Source: Candidatus Latescibacterota bacterium
GTDB taxonomy: Bacteria > Latescibacterota > UBA2968
Reading direction: 5' to 3'
DNA length: 64,000 nt
Assembly (NCBI GenBank): GCA_965222605.1
Contig: OZ244960.1
Location: 1-64,000 of the forward strand
Shown here: one piece after another, positions 28,681-38,034 of the stretch
Position numbering within the stretch: the first letter of the stretch is position 1
Layout: each line of letters starts with the position of its first letter
Translations under genes and position numbers: made by a program
The notes under the pieces: generated by a model
Database searches by the model: none
What the model saw: only the letters and a program-made list of their open reading frames with translations
What the model was told of the DNA's origin: nothing

Positions 28681-29229
28681 ATGAAACATGTAACGATGGC
28701 AAAGTTAGAAGCGGGATTAGAAAATATCCGTCAGTCGCCCACAGATGCGGGCGTGTTAGAGCTGATTGTGCGACGACCGCAGGTTGAGGCCAGGGAGGTC
28801 CTGAAAGAGGGCGAACTCCATCTGCTTGAAGGGCTTGTGGGTGACAATTGGAAAACACGCGGTAGCTCTCAAACGGTAGATGAGTCGGCCCATCCGGACA
28901 TGCAACTCAACATCATGAACGCCCGCGTGATTGCCCTGTTGGCACAGAAAAAGGAGCGTTGGGCACTGGCTGGGGACCAGTTGTATATGGATCTCGATCT
29001 GAGCGCGGAGAATGTGCCACCGGGTACCCGACTGAGTCTGGGGGAAGCGGTGATCAAGGTGACAGATCAACCCCATACAGGCTGTAAAAAATTTGCCGCG
29101 CGTTTTGGGTTGGACGCGCTGAAATTTATCAGTTCTCCCGTGGGCAAGCAGCTTCAGTTGCGCGGAATCAATGCGAAGGTCATTCGCACTGGCGCGATAC
29201 GGATTGGCAATACTGTGAAGAAAGTATAA
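28681..29229 (+). CDS. MOSC-domain protein
   Basis: LAGDQLYMDLDLS, PHTGCKKF (conserved Cys), LRGINAKVI..G.I. Confidence 0.85.
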   Translation: MKHVTMAKLEAGLENIRQSPTDAGVLELIVRRPQVEAREVLKEGELHLLEGLVGDNWKTRGSSQTVDESAHPDMQLNIMNARVIALLAQKKERWALAGDQLYMDLDLSAENVPPGTRLSLGEAVIKVTDQPHTGCKKFAARFGLDALKFISSPVGKQLQLRGINAKVIRTGAIRIGNTVKKV

Positions 29230-29286
29230 GCGAACAATGCATGGGATTATTTGATTACAAAACAAAGTGGGAGCATTTTTTATACT

Positions 29287-30777
29287 ATGATTGGGCTTGA
29301 TCATACACAATCTCAGTTGATTCAGCAGAAATTGGCGCCGCAACTCATCCAATCTTTGCACCTGCTCCAATTGCCAACTCTGGAATTAGCGGAGTTAATT
29401 CAGCAAGAATTGGAGATCAATCCGCTTCTGGAAATTGACGAAGATGTTAATCTGGATTTGGAGCAGGAAGAGCCCAAAGCCGAACTGGATGACGAATCCG
29501 AGAACGAAGACCAGGATGAAGCGCTCCTTGCAGAATTGGAATTTGAAGAATCGGATTTAGACACTCTCGATACAGACGTATTTGATGCGCAAGACTGGGA
29601 TCACTACTTAAACGAATCCGGATATGCCAGTCCGCGCGAAGAAATTGAATCCAATACTGATGACTGGCACAACGACCGCACCAGCCAAAAAACGCTAAGA
29701 GATTCACTTTTAGAACAGGTAGCTATCACGGATCTTTCACCGAGTGATCGCATTATCGCCGAGTACTTAATTGGCAATATTGACGAAGATGGGTTTTTGG
29801 GATGTTCGATAGGGGAGGTGGCTGATGAGCTTGGGATCAATCTTGAGGATGTGGAACGCGTTCTGGGCGTTATTCAGACATTTGATCCAACAGGTGTTGG
29901 TGCGCGAAATCTTCAAGAGTGTTTATTGATTCAGTTAAAAGAAAAAAATATCACAAACGGTTTGGTTGCAAAGGTGCTACACAATCACCTCGACGACTGG
30001 ATCAACCGCCGGTTTAGCCTGATAAGCCAGGCACTCGACACAAGCCTCGATGAGATGCGCGCTGTTGAGAAAGTCCTCGCATCGCTCACCCCCAAGCCCA
30101 ATATTGAACCCGAACCCGCATTGAATCTCAATCACGTTATTCCCGATCTCGAAGTCCAGAAGATCGGCGACGAGTACGTTGTTTCTCTGACCGATCGCAT
30201 CCTGCCCGAATTGCGCGTCACCCCAATTTATCGCACCTTGCTCAGACAATCGGACAGATCGAGCCGAGATGATCCAAAATTGCGAGAGACCAAAAAATTT
30301 GTCGTTGAAAAACTCAATTCTGCGCGCTGGTTTATCAATGCGATTCATCAAAGGCGCGCAACCATGTTAAAAGTCATGAGATGTATTGTCGAAAATCAGG
30401 TTCAGTTTTTTGACCGAGGCCCTGGTTTTCTCAAGCCAATGGTGCTTCAAGAGGTAGCTGATAAGGTGCAGATGCACATTTCGACTATCAGCCGCGTGAG
30501 TAATGGCAAATATGTACAAACACCGCATGGTGTTTATGAATTGAAATATTTTTTTGATGGGGGATTGAGTCGATACAACGGCGACGATATCTCTGCCAAA
30601 AGTGTAAAAGAAAAAATTGCAAAGCTCATTGGTGATGAAGACGTACAGAATCCATTGAGCGATCAACACATATCAACTATTTTAAAAAAAGAGGGCATTA
30701 ATATCGCGCGACGCACGGTAGCCAAATATCGAGGTCAACTCAACATCAGTTCCGCACGACTTCGGAAGGCACTTTAG
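29287..30777 (+). CDS. rpoN: RNA polymerase sigma-54 factor
   Basis: Gln/Leu-rich region I, DPTGVGARNLQECL, HISTISR, RpoN box ARRTVAKYR. Confidence 0.97.
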   Translation: MIGLDHTQSQLIQQKLAPQLIQSLHLLQLPTLELAELIQQELEINPLLEIDEDVNLDLEQEEPKAELDDESENEDQDEALLAELEFEESDLDTLDTDVFDAQDWDHYLNESGYASPREEIESNTDDWHNDRTSQKTLRDSLLEQVAITDLSPSDRIIAEYLIGNIDEDGFLGCSIGEVADELGINLEDVERVLGVIQTFDPTGVGARNLQECLLIQLKEKNITNGLVAKVLHNHLDDWINRRFSLISQALDTSLDEMRAVEKVLASLTPKPNIEPEPALNLNHVIPDLEVQKIGDEYVVSLTDRILPELRVTPIYRTLLRQSDRSSRDDPKLRETKKFVVEKLNSARWFINAIHQRRATMLKVMRCIVENQVQFFDRGPGFLKPMVLQEVADKVQMHISTISRVSNGKYVQTPHGVYELKYFFDGGLSRYNGDDISAKSVKEKIAKLIGDEDVQNPLSDQHISTILKKEGINIARRTVAKYRGQLNISSARLRKAL

Positions 30778-30787
30778 ACAGGCCAGT

Positions 30788-31564
30788 TCAATCTGTCTGC
30801 TGAGTGCTGATTTCGTCTTCTGAAATTTTGTGTACACTTTTGGGGTTGAAGGTTTGCCGGGTATTGATGCGAAGTGCAACTTCAATTCGCCCGCCAGTTA
30901 GCACAAAAAACTGAATCAGAAATCCGCCGCCTTGCATGGTTTCAACCTGATAAGAGTCGGTATCTAATCCGTCGAACAATTCGGGAAGGGTGGTTTCAAA
31001 TCGTGGGTGTCGTGTAATATCGGGTGGTAACGCCATGATCAGAGTTCCCGGTTCTTGATTTAGATAATGTCCAATGCGTTGTCGCGTGTTGACCATGTGA
31101 GAAATAACCCTGCATGCATAGTCGAAATCATCCCCGCCGTTTCGGTCTGGCGGTACTATGCCCCAGGTCAGGTGGTGGATAAAGGGATTGCCGTATCCCT
31201 GTCCAAGCATCTGATCGAGCGCGGGTTGGTCAACGGGGTGAACCACAGCGACGTAGTGAAACCAGCCACGGGCGAGGGCGGGATGCCCAACGGGTAATCC
31301 CGATGGCACGTTGATATAATCCTGTTCATCGACGGGTGAGGGGTAGCACTTGGTGTCCCAACCCGCAATATAACCCATCGTTTTTAGAGGTCCTGCAACG
31401 AGACACGGGGGATCTGTAAAGATCGCCGCGTGGTCCATGTTGGGATACAATTTGACGTCTGCAGCAGAAATTTTTTCGGCGACATCCAGGGCTTCGTCAA
31501 AGCGTTCAGATGCATTCTCGATTTGGAGAACTGCGTGAAAGTCTTCGGGTAATTTACAGTCCAT
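30788..31564 (-). CDS. Hypothetical protein, possible VOC-fold (HPPD/DUF1338-like) metalloenzyme
   Basis: AGGAGG RBS; DHAA...HHLTW...LIQFF...IEVALR...F pattern. Confidence 0.6.
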   Translation of the reverse strand: MDCKLPEDFHAVLQIENASERFDEALDVAEKISAADVKLYPNMDHAAIFTDPPCLVAGPLKTMGYIAGWDTKCYPSPVDEQDYINVPSGLPVGHPALARGWFHYVAVVHPVDQPALDQMLGQGYGNPFIHHLTWGIVPPDRNGGDDFDYACRVISHMVNTRQRIGHYLNQEPGTLIMALPPDITRHPRFETTLPELFDGLDTDSYQVETMQGGGFLIQFFVLTGGRIEVALRINTRQTFNPKSVHKISEDEISTQQTD

Positions 31565-31635
31565 AGTCTTATCCTCCTGTTGTTTAGACGACGCAATCAA
31601 TAACACGTTTTTTCGATATACGTCAAGCATAAATG

Positions 31636-31668
31636 AACCCCGGTCACTTTGGTGGCCGGGGTTTTTTT
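31636..31668 (+). terminator. Intrinsic terminator-like hairpin in a divergent intergenic region
   Basis: AACCCCGGTCAC-TTTG-GTGGCCGGGGTT followed by a T-run. Confidence 0.6.
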
Positions 31669-31791
31669 GAAAAATTTGATACATCCATCGCTGAAAAGTT
31701 GAAAGATTCGTACTCTTAGGCAGTTTTGTTATACAGTCTTTCAGGAGCGTAACTCACTGACTTAATGTCTCTTGCGACATTTCCCAGATTT

Positions 31792-31807
31792 TGGCACGCG
31801 ATTTGCA
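31792..31807 (+). promoter_or_regulatory. Sigma54 (-24/-12) promoter
   Basis: TGGCACG-CGAT-TTGCA matches TGGCACG-N4-TTGCW exactly, about 35 bp upstream of the lamin-tail gene start. Confidence 0.75.
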
Positions 31808-31841
31808 GATGTCATGAGAAAAAACATTGCGCGAGGCCAAT

Positions 31842-34800
31842 ATGATGAGATACTGGATTATGGTTGTGGTATTGAGCGTGCTTGGGGGAGGACAGGTTTT
31901 GGGTGCTGAAACGGATGTCGTGATCAATGAGATCCTTGCAGACCCGCCATCGGGAGATAGGGGTGATGCTAATGGGGATGGGATGTGGCCCGAGCGCAGC
32001 AACTACGAGGATGAATTTGTAGAGATACTGAATACCGGATTGGATACTATTCCGATCGGTGGGTGGCAGTTGTCAGACCGAGACTCAGATAATCCTTTCA
32101 CTTTTCCCGAAAACACACGGATTGCTCCAGGTGAATACATAGTTCTTTTTGGCGGCGGAACGCCGAACGGCTTTGGAGGCCAAGTCTTCGTCGATGACGG
32201 CAAGATAGGTAAGCGAGGATTGAGCAATTCGGGAGATGTGGTATTTTTGATCAATCCCACTTTGAGCGATACCATTGCCAGAGCAGAATGGGGGAAAGAG
32301 GGAGGAAAGGATCAATCTCTGGTGCGGTATCCGGAAGGGACTGGCAGGTGGGTATTGCACAGCGATTCACCGGGCAGGGGGCTGTTTTCGCCGGGCAAAC
32401 CACGGTCGCTTTTCGATATACTCCAGTCTTTTCCCGAATATCTGGACATGATAGAAGGAGAATCCGTTTCGCTGATACCCGCGATTTATAAAGATGGAGT
32501 ACCAATGCAGCTTGAGGATGAGGTTTTATGGGTGTCGTGGGATACCACTATCGTGCGAATTGAACAGGGCAACAAGGTGGTTGCTGTGCGTGCTGGTGAA
32601 ACGGAGGTCGGATTTTTCTGGAGAGGTCGGGAGAGTCTTCACACATATCTGCGGGTGTTGGAAAAGGAAAAACCGACATTGGTGATCTCGGAGGTGCATC
32701 CCAATCCCGCCTGGGGTGAAGCAGGTGATACCAATCGCGATAGTGTGCGGCACACCTATCAGGATGAGTTTGTCGAGATAGCGAATCTGGGCGAGAATCC
32801 CATCGACATTGGCGGCTATTTTCTCGGCGATGACGATGCCTCAGCAGATCGCCTATTTCGATTTCCCGATAACACAGTGCTCGATACGCAAGCGGTCGTA
32901 GTGCTCTTTGGTGGCGGAGAAGTGGCAGTTACCGAGCGCGTTTTTGTCGATGATGGTCGCATTGGCGATGGCCTGTCCAATGTGGGCGATACCGTGCAGT
33001 TATTGGCGCCCGACAGCAGCACAGTGGTCGCCTCAATGGTATATGAACGCTCGACCAGAGGCGTATCTTATGCCAGAGATGAAGACGGCAATTATCTGTT
33101 ACACAATCAGATATACGAAGATGAGCCTACCTCAGTCGGACGTTTAAAGCCTGGTGATGATCCGATTGAGTCCGAAGGATTGACCGAGGCATTGACTGTC
33201 CCGGATGGACTGGTATTTTCCGAAATCCTGATGTTGCCCGAACAGGTGGATGCCAATAACGATGGGGTTGTGGATCGGCATGCAGATGCTTTTGTCGAAT
33301 TGACCAATATCAGTGCAGATACGCTCGACTTGAGTGGGTGGCTACTCGGCGATGACGATATCGTTGTCTCTCAGTTTTTCTCTTTTCCCGATAATGTCGT
33401 ACTTCTGCCCGGTGGTTATGTCACCATTTTTGGCGGGGGGACGCCCGTGGGTATCCCCGGCACTGTCTTGTCCGCCGAGGGGCAGATTGGAAATGGACTC
33501 AGTAGCGGTGGCGATGTCGTCCACCTGATCATGCCCGATAGCAAGACCGTGGCGCGGTCTGTGCGCGTACCAAAAGCTACCCCAGACATTTCATGGCTAT
33601 TTTCGCCCGATGATCCTCCAGAGTTACATCCCAAAATCCCCGGCTGGCACGCGATGTCGCCCGGCACATCACCGGATGGACAAGAGGCGGCAAGAGCAGA
33701 TTTCATAGATACAGCTGGCAGAGATACACTTGACATTTTTCAACCTCCCAAAGACCTGGTGATCTCTGAAGTCTATCCCAATCCGGCCACAGGCGACGCA
33801 GGTGATACCAACGGCGATGGGGTGCGGCACACCTATCAGGATGAATTTGTCGAGATAGCAAATTTGGGCGAGCATCCCATCGATATTGGCGGCTATTACC
33901 TCGGTGATGACGATGTACCTATGGAAAAACTTTTCCGATTCCCCGACAATACGATGCTCAATCCTCAAATGGTCGCAGTGCTCTTTGGAGGTGGGGAAGT
34001 AAAAGAATCCGATCAGATCTTTGCAGATGACGGTCGCATTGGCGATGGCCTGTCCAATGGAGGCGATACCGTGCAGCTACTGGCACCCGATGGAAGCACA
34101 GTGATCTCCAGAATGACGTATGAAAACGCGCCTCAAGGCATATCTCTTGCAAGAGACGATAACGGCAATTACCTGTTACACAATCAGATATACGAAGGAA
34201 GATCTATCTCAGTCGGACGTTTAGGGCATAGCGATGATGTGATTGAACGATTAACTGCCCCCAATGGCCTGGTATTTTCCGAAATTCTGATGCTGCCCGA
34301 ACAGGTGGATGCCAATAACGATGGGGTTGTGGATCGACATGCAGATGCTTTTGTCGAATTGACTAATACCGGCGCAGATACGCTCGACCTGAGCGGCTGG
34401 ATGCTCGGCGATGACGATATTGTCGTCTCTCAATTTTTTCCTTTTCCCGATGACGTCGTGCTCGTACCCGGTGGTTATGTCACCATTTTTGGCGGAGGGA
34501 CGCCTGTGAGTATCCCCGGTACTGTCTTGTCTGCTGAGGGTCAGATTGGCAATGGACTCAGTAGCGGTGGAGATGTTGTCCATCTGATCCTGCCCGATGG
34601 TAAGACTGTAGCGCGGTCTGTGCGCTTACCAAAAGCCACACCAGATGTTTCATGGCTGTTGTCGCCTGATGCCCCTCCAGAGTTACATCCCCAAATTCCA
34701 GGCCGGCACGCGATGTCACCCGGCACACCACCTGTTTCGGAAGTGGAACCAGATACCCTGAACGGTGTGAACTATGAAAATGTCGTATCGGGAAAACCCA

Positions 34801-35144
34801 TTGTTTTTGATGGTGAAGACCAGACGGTTAATAGTCCTATATCTGACGATTCAAAACCCAGTGATCTGGAAACAGATTGGGGCATTTACCCGTCACCTAA
34901 CCCTTTCAATACTGCAACTGTGTTAGGTTTTTACACTACAGGAGGTCCTGTTTATGTGACTATATATAATATCCTGGGACAACCCATCAGACGGTTGGTT
35001 CAACAACATTTGCCAGCCGGATATTATCGGCGTATATGGGATGGTAAAAATGACTCGGGAGCATCTGTGGGATCTGGAATCTATATAGTCCTACTAAAAG
35101 ACAAGGAAGCGATATTTACAAATCGCGTTGCGCTCTTAAAGTGA
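31842..35144 (+). CDS. Secreted protein with five lamin-tail domains (LTD), one Ig-like domain and a C-terminal FlgD-Ig/T9SS-like domain
   Basis: Signal peptide; five (V/L)V(I/F)(N/S)E...D.N.D....D.FVE..N...I.G..L.D repeats; C-terminal PNPFNTAT...IYNILGQ.IR.L...WDGKN..G..VGSGIY. Confidence 0.88.
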   Translation: MMRYWIMVVVLSVLGGGQVLGAETDVVINEILADPPSGDRGDANGDGMWPERSNYEDEFVEILNTGLDTIPIGGWQLSDRDSDNPFTFPENTRIAPGEYIVLFGGGTPNGFGGQVFVDDGKIGKRGLSNSGDVVFLINPTLSDTIARAEWGKEGGKDQSLVRYPEGTGRWVLHSDSPGRGLFSPGKPRSLFDILQSFPEYLDMIEGESVSLIPAIYKDGVPMQLEDEVLWVSWDTTIVRIEQGNKVVAVRAGETEVGFFWRGRESLHTYLRVLEKEKPTLVISEVHPNPAWGEAGDTNRDSVRHTYQDEFVEIANLGENPIDIGGYFLGDDDASADRLFRFPDNTVLDTQAVVVLFGGGEVAVTERVFVDDGRIGDGLSNVGDTVQLLAPDSSTVVASMVYERSTRGVSYARDEDGNYLLHNQIYEDEPTSVGRLKPGDDPIESEGLTEALTVPDGLVFSEILMLPEQVDANNDGVVDRHADAFVELTNISADTLDLSGWLLGDDDIVVSQFFSFPDNVVLLPGGYVTIFGGGTPVGIPGTVLSAEGQIGNGLSSGGDVVHLIMPDSKTVARSVRVPKATPDISWLFSPDDPPELHPKIPGWHAMSPGTSPDGQEAARADFIDTAGRDTLDIFQPPKDLVISEVYPNPATGDAGDTNGDGVRHTYQDEFVEIANLGEHPIDIGGYYLGDDDVPMEKLFRFPDNTMLNPQMVAVLFGGGEVKESDQIFADDGRIGDGLSNGGDTVQLLAPDGSTVISRMTYENAPQGISLARDDNGNYLLHNQIYEGRSISVGRLGHSDDVIERLTAPNGLVFSEILMLPEQVDANNDGVVDRHADAFVELTNTGADTLDLSGWMLGDDDIVVSQFFPFPDDVVLVPGGYVTIFGGGTPVSIPGTVLSAEGQIGNGLSSGGDVVHLILPDGKTVARSVRLPKATPDVSWLLSPDAPPELHPQIPGRHAMSPGTPPVSEVEPDTLNGVNYENVVSGKPIVFDGEDQTVNSPISDDSKPSDLETDWGIYPSPNPFNTATVLGFYTTGGPVYVTIYNILGQPIRRLVQQHLPAGYYRRIWDGKNDSGASVGSGIYIVLLKDKEAIFTNRVALLK
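32680..34732 (+). repeat. Intragenic ~1-kb tandem duplication (32680-33673 vs 33757-34732), two LTDs per copy
   Basis: Long near-identical DNA stretches, e.g. GAACAGGTGGATGCCAATAACGATGGGGTTGTGGATCG in both copies. Confidence 0.9.
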
Positions 35145-35238
35145 AGTAGAGACGGATGGAGATGTGAGAAAGGTGAAAAGCGATGATTAATAGGCTCTTT
35201 TACATTTTACTTACCAAACAGAAGGGAGGTGAAACAGG

Positions 35239-35514
35239 ATGGCACAACCCGAAATTACATTTCGTCATGGTCTGTGTAGCACTTCGATTTTCGAAAATGA
35301 ATACAAGCGAGGTGAAGAATCTTTCACTGTAAGAACAGTCTCATTTCAGCGAAGTTATTTGGACAAAGAGGGGAATTGGCAAAGAACCAATAGCCTGAAG
35401 GTGAACGATATTCCCAAAGCCGTATTGGTGTTAAATAAAGCGTATGAGTTTTTGACATCGAACAGTCAGGCTGAAGCAGAAACAGATGATGCGGCTGCTA
35501 TAGCAGATGAATAG
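35239..35514 (+). CDS. Small hypothetical protein, possible PC4/Whirly-like ssDNA-binding fold with an acidic tail
   Basis: GGAGGTG RBS; beta-rich IFEN...VSFQRSYLDKEGNW..T.SL...DIPK followed by a helix and an acidic C-terminus. Confidence 0.65.
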   Translation: MAQPEITFRHGLCSTSIFENEYKRGEESFTVRTVSFQRSYLDKEGNWQRTNSLKVNDIPKAVLVLNKAYEFLTSNSQAEAETDDAAAIADE

Positions 35515-35631
35515 CAGATGGATGGACTTGAGGAACGGGGGTACAACGGGTCGCTTTCCTGACCTGTTCAAAGGCTCATTGTACCCCATACTCAGCCCCG
35601 TTCAGTTATCAGTTCGATAATTGTTGTATAA

Positions 35632-35660
35632 AAAAGGTCCAACTAATAATTGGACCTTTT
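35632..35660. terminator. Bidirectional intrinsic terminator
   Basis: AAAAGGTCCAA-CTAATAA-TTGGACCTTTT between convergent genes. Confidence 0.7.
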
Positions 35661-35703
35661 AGTGTTATAAACCACTATTTTATGCATGGCTTGCTTCGGG
35701 TAT

Positions 35704-36000
35704 CTACTCGTCCAAAGGCTCGTGCAATGCTTTCTTGATCAAAACACCAGCTTTGAAATAGCTCTTTCGCCGAGCAGGAACATAAACAATCTCGCCTGTG
35801 CGGGGGTTGCGTGCAGCGGGTTTCGGTTTGGTCGGCTTGATACCCAGCACGCCAAATCCCCTGATTTCGATTCGATCACCGGCAACCAAGTTTTCGCGCA
35901 TGGCGTTAAAAAGCGTATTTACAATCTCATAAGCGAGTTGCTTTTTAATTCCCAAACGATCAGAAATTTTTAAGGCGATGTCTTTTTTGGTCATTGTCAT
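35704..36000 (-). CDS. HU/IHF-family DNA-binding protein
   Basis: MTKKDI, IEIRGFG, ARNPRTGE, FKAG; GGAGG RBS. Confidence 0.93.
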   Translation of the reverse strand: MTMTKKDIALKISDRLGIKKQLAYEIVNTLFNAMRENLVAGDRIEIRGFGVLGIKPTKPKPAARNPRTGEIVYVPARRKSYFKAGVLIKKALHEPLDE

Positions 36001-36162
36001 TCGGTCCTCCCGTTTCACAGGTATCATCAAGGCATGGAGCTAATATATAGCCCTAAACCTATAAGACGCAAGGCAAAAATGTTTCACAATCGTCACGAAA
36101 TTGAAAAATTGCTTTTGCTTTATATGTTGCTTATTTTGTCATAGTTAACGAGGATAATACCC

Positions 36163-36990
36163 ATGAGAGCAAAACCACAAACCAGTGTAATATATCGCGT
36201 CACGCGGTATGATGGCTCTATCGGCAAATCCGTAGATGATGTGCTGGTCGTAGAGGAGCCTCTTGAAATTCGCGTTGCCGGAGAATCCGTTGCCGTGACC
36301 ATGCGAACACCGGGGGCGGACCGCGCCCTTGCGCTGGGATTTCTGTATGGCGAGGGGATCATCCGTAAAATCGGCGATGTTGGGCGTGCAGAACACTGCG
36401 GTCGCCCGGGGACTCCTGAGTATGGAAATGTCATTGATGTTCTCCCTCGTCCGGGCGAGATACTCGATCCCGAAAGGATTCGAGCGGGACGACGAGGCAC
36501 GCTGACTTCATCGGCGTGTGGGGTATGTGGACGCGAGCAGATAGAAGATATGATACAGCGGTGCCAGCCCATTGACGACGATCGCGCCGTTCAGGCTGCG
36601 ATGATTTTTTTTGCACAGGAGCAGATGCGCCAATCCCAATACGTGTTTGCACAAACAGGGGGCGTTCATGCTGCTGCCGCATTTTCTGAAACAGGGGATA
36701 TGTATTGCTGTTTTGAAGATATTGGCCGGCACAATGCAGTAGATAAGGTTGTGGGGCACTTGCTCGAAACACATAACATAGTAGAAGGGGAGGGAATTCA
36801 GATACTCGCGGTGAGCAGCAGAGCGAGTTTTGAAATCGTGCAAAAGGCCGTTGTTGCGCGCATACCTGTCGTGGTTGCCGTATCTGCAGCGAGTTCATTG
36901 GCAGCGGATCTTGCCCAAGCGATGGGAATAACTCTCATTGGCTTTGCACGGGATAAAAGGATGGTCGTTTATACGGGGGCTGTGCAATAG
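36163..36990 (+). CDS. fdhD: Formate dehydrogenase accessory sulfurtransferase FdhD
   Basis: EEPLEIRV, TMRTPG, SSACGVCG, TGGVHAAA, EDIGRHNAVDK. Confidence 0.95.
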   Translation: MRAKPQTSVIYRVTRYDGSIGKSVDDVLVVEEPLEIRVAGESVAVTMRTPGADRALALGFLYGEGIIRKIGDVGRAEHCGRPGTPEYGNVIDVLPRPGEILDPERIRAGRRGTLTSSACGVCGREQIEDMIQRCQPIDDDRAVQAAMIFFAQEQMRQSQYVFAQTGGVHAAAAFSETGDMYCCFEDIGRHNAVDKVVGHLLETHNIVEGEGIQILAVSSRASFEIVQKAVVARIPVVVAVSAASSLAADLAQAMGITLIGFARDKRMVVYTGAVQ

Positions 36991-37128
36991 GGTTGGGGAG
37001 GATGTCTCGCATTTCCCCATCGGCGGTTGGGCTGATTGGCCTAACCGCTAAATTTTTGTCGTCTATGGGAACTCCATTTGTAAATTTCAGGTCTAATCGT
37101 TGGCAAAGCACAATGAGGAGCTATACTG

Positions 37129-38022
37129 ATGGTCATTCGCATTTCAAACCTGACAAAAGTATATCGCCGTGGCGCAGTTCCCGCCTTAGACGATGTCACC
37201 TTGAGGATCCCACACGGAACATTTGGTTTGTTGGGGCCCAATGGTGCAGGTAAAACAACGCTGATTAAAATTTTATCAACTCAGATGGACGCATCGAGTG
37301 GTAGCGTGACCATGGATGAGTTCGATCTGGTAAAAGACCGCACAGAGATTCGCCGGCGTCTGGGATATTTGCCCCAGCATTTTGGGACCTATCCCCAATT
37401 GACGGCCTGGGAATTTCTCGATTATATGGCTGTTTTGGGCGGCATACACAATAGAAGAGTGCGTCTGAATCGCGTAGAGCAAGCTCTAAACGAAGTCGGT
37501 TTATACGAAGCGCGCAATCGGCGCTCGGGCACTTTTTCCGGTGGCATGATGCGCCGCCTTGGCATTGCACAGGCCATTCTGGCCGATCCAGAGTTTCTCA
37601 TTGTCGATGAACCCACCGTGGGACTTGACCCGGAAGAACGCATCCGATTCCGGAGTATTTTGGGACGCTTGAGTAGTGATCGCGCAATTTTGATCTCCAC
37701 GCATATAGTGGGCGATATTTCGAGCACCTGTGAAGATCTCGCGGTTTTGGATACAGGACAACTGATCTTTCGCGGTTCTCCCGCAGAACTCATTTCAAAA
37801 GCCGATGGAAAAACGTGGGAAGTACAGGTCAATGATGCTGGCTTTGAAATGCTGTCGCGGGTGTTTCGCGTGGTCACAGTAAATGTTGAAGGCGATCAGA
37901 TGCGTTTGCGTATGGTAGGAGATGGCGAGCCACCCGCTGATGCCGAAGCGATCGCACCTAACCTCGAAGATGCCTATGTCTATTTCGTCGGAGGCGATAC
38001 CACGGGCGAAATCGCAGCGTAA
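37129..38022 (+). CDS. ABC transporter ATP-binding protein (ABC-2/CcmA type)
   Basis: GPNGAGKT, FSGGM, IVDEPT, STH, C-terminal PNLEDAY. Confidence 0.95.
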   Translation: MVIRISNLTKVYRRGAVPALDDVTLRIPHGTFGLLGPNGAGKTTLIKILSTQMDASSGSVTMDEFDLVKDRTEIRRRLGYLPQHFGTYPQLTAWEFLDYMAVLGGIHNRRVRLNRVEQALNEVGLYEARNRRSGTFSGGMMRRLGIAQAILADPEFLIVDEPTVGLDPEERIRFRSILGRLSSDRAILISTHIVGDISSTCEDLAVLDTGQLIFRGSPAELISKADGKTWEVQVNDAGFEMLSRVFRVVTVNVEGDQMRLRMVGDGEPPADAEAIAPNLEDAYVYFVGGDTTGEIAA

Positions 38023-38034
38023 AGGATCAATACC

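Noticed and set aside
32680-34732. Large repeat as a mobile element or DGR template/variable repeat pair
   Set aside because: Both copies are in frame within one protein, the differences are not adenine-specific by eye, and no reverse transcriptase is present.
35523-35531. TGGACTTGA matching the start of the IS3 left end
   Set aside because: Only 9 bp with no partner end; compatible with chance.
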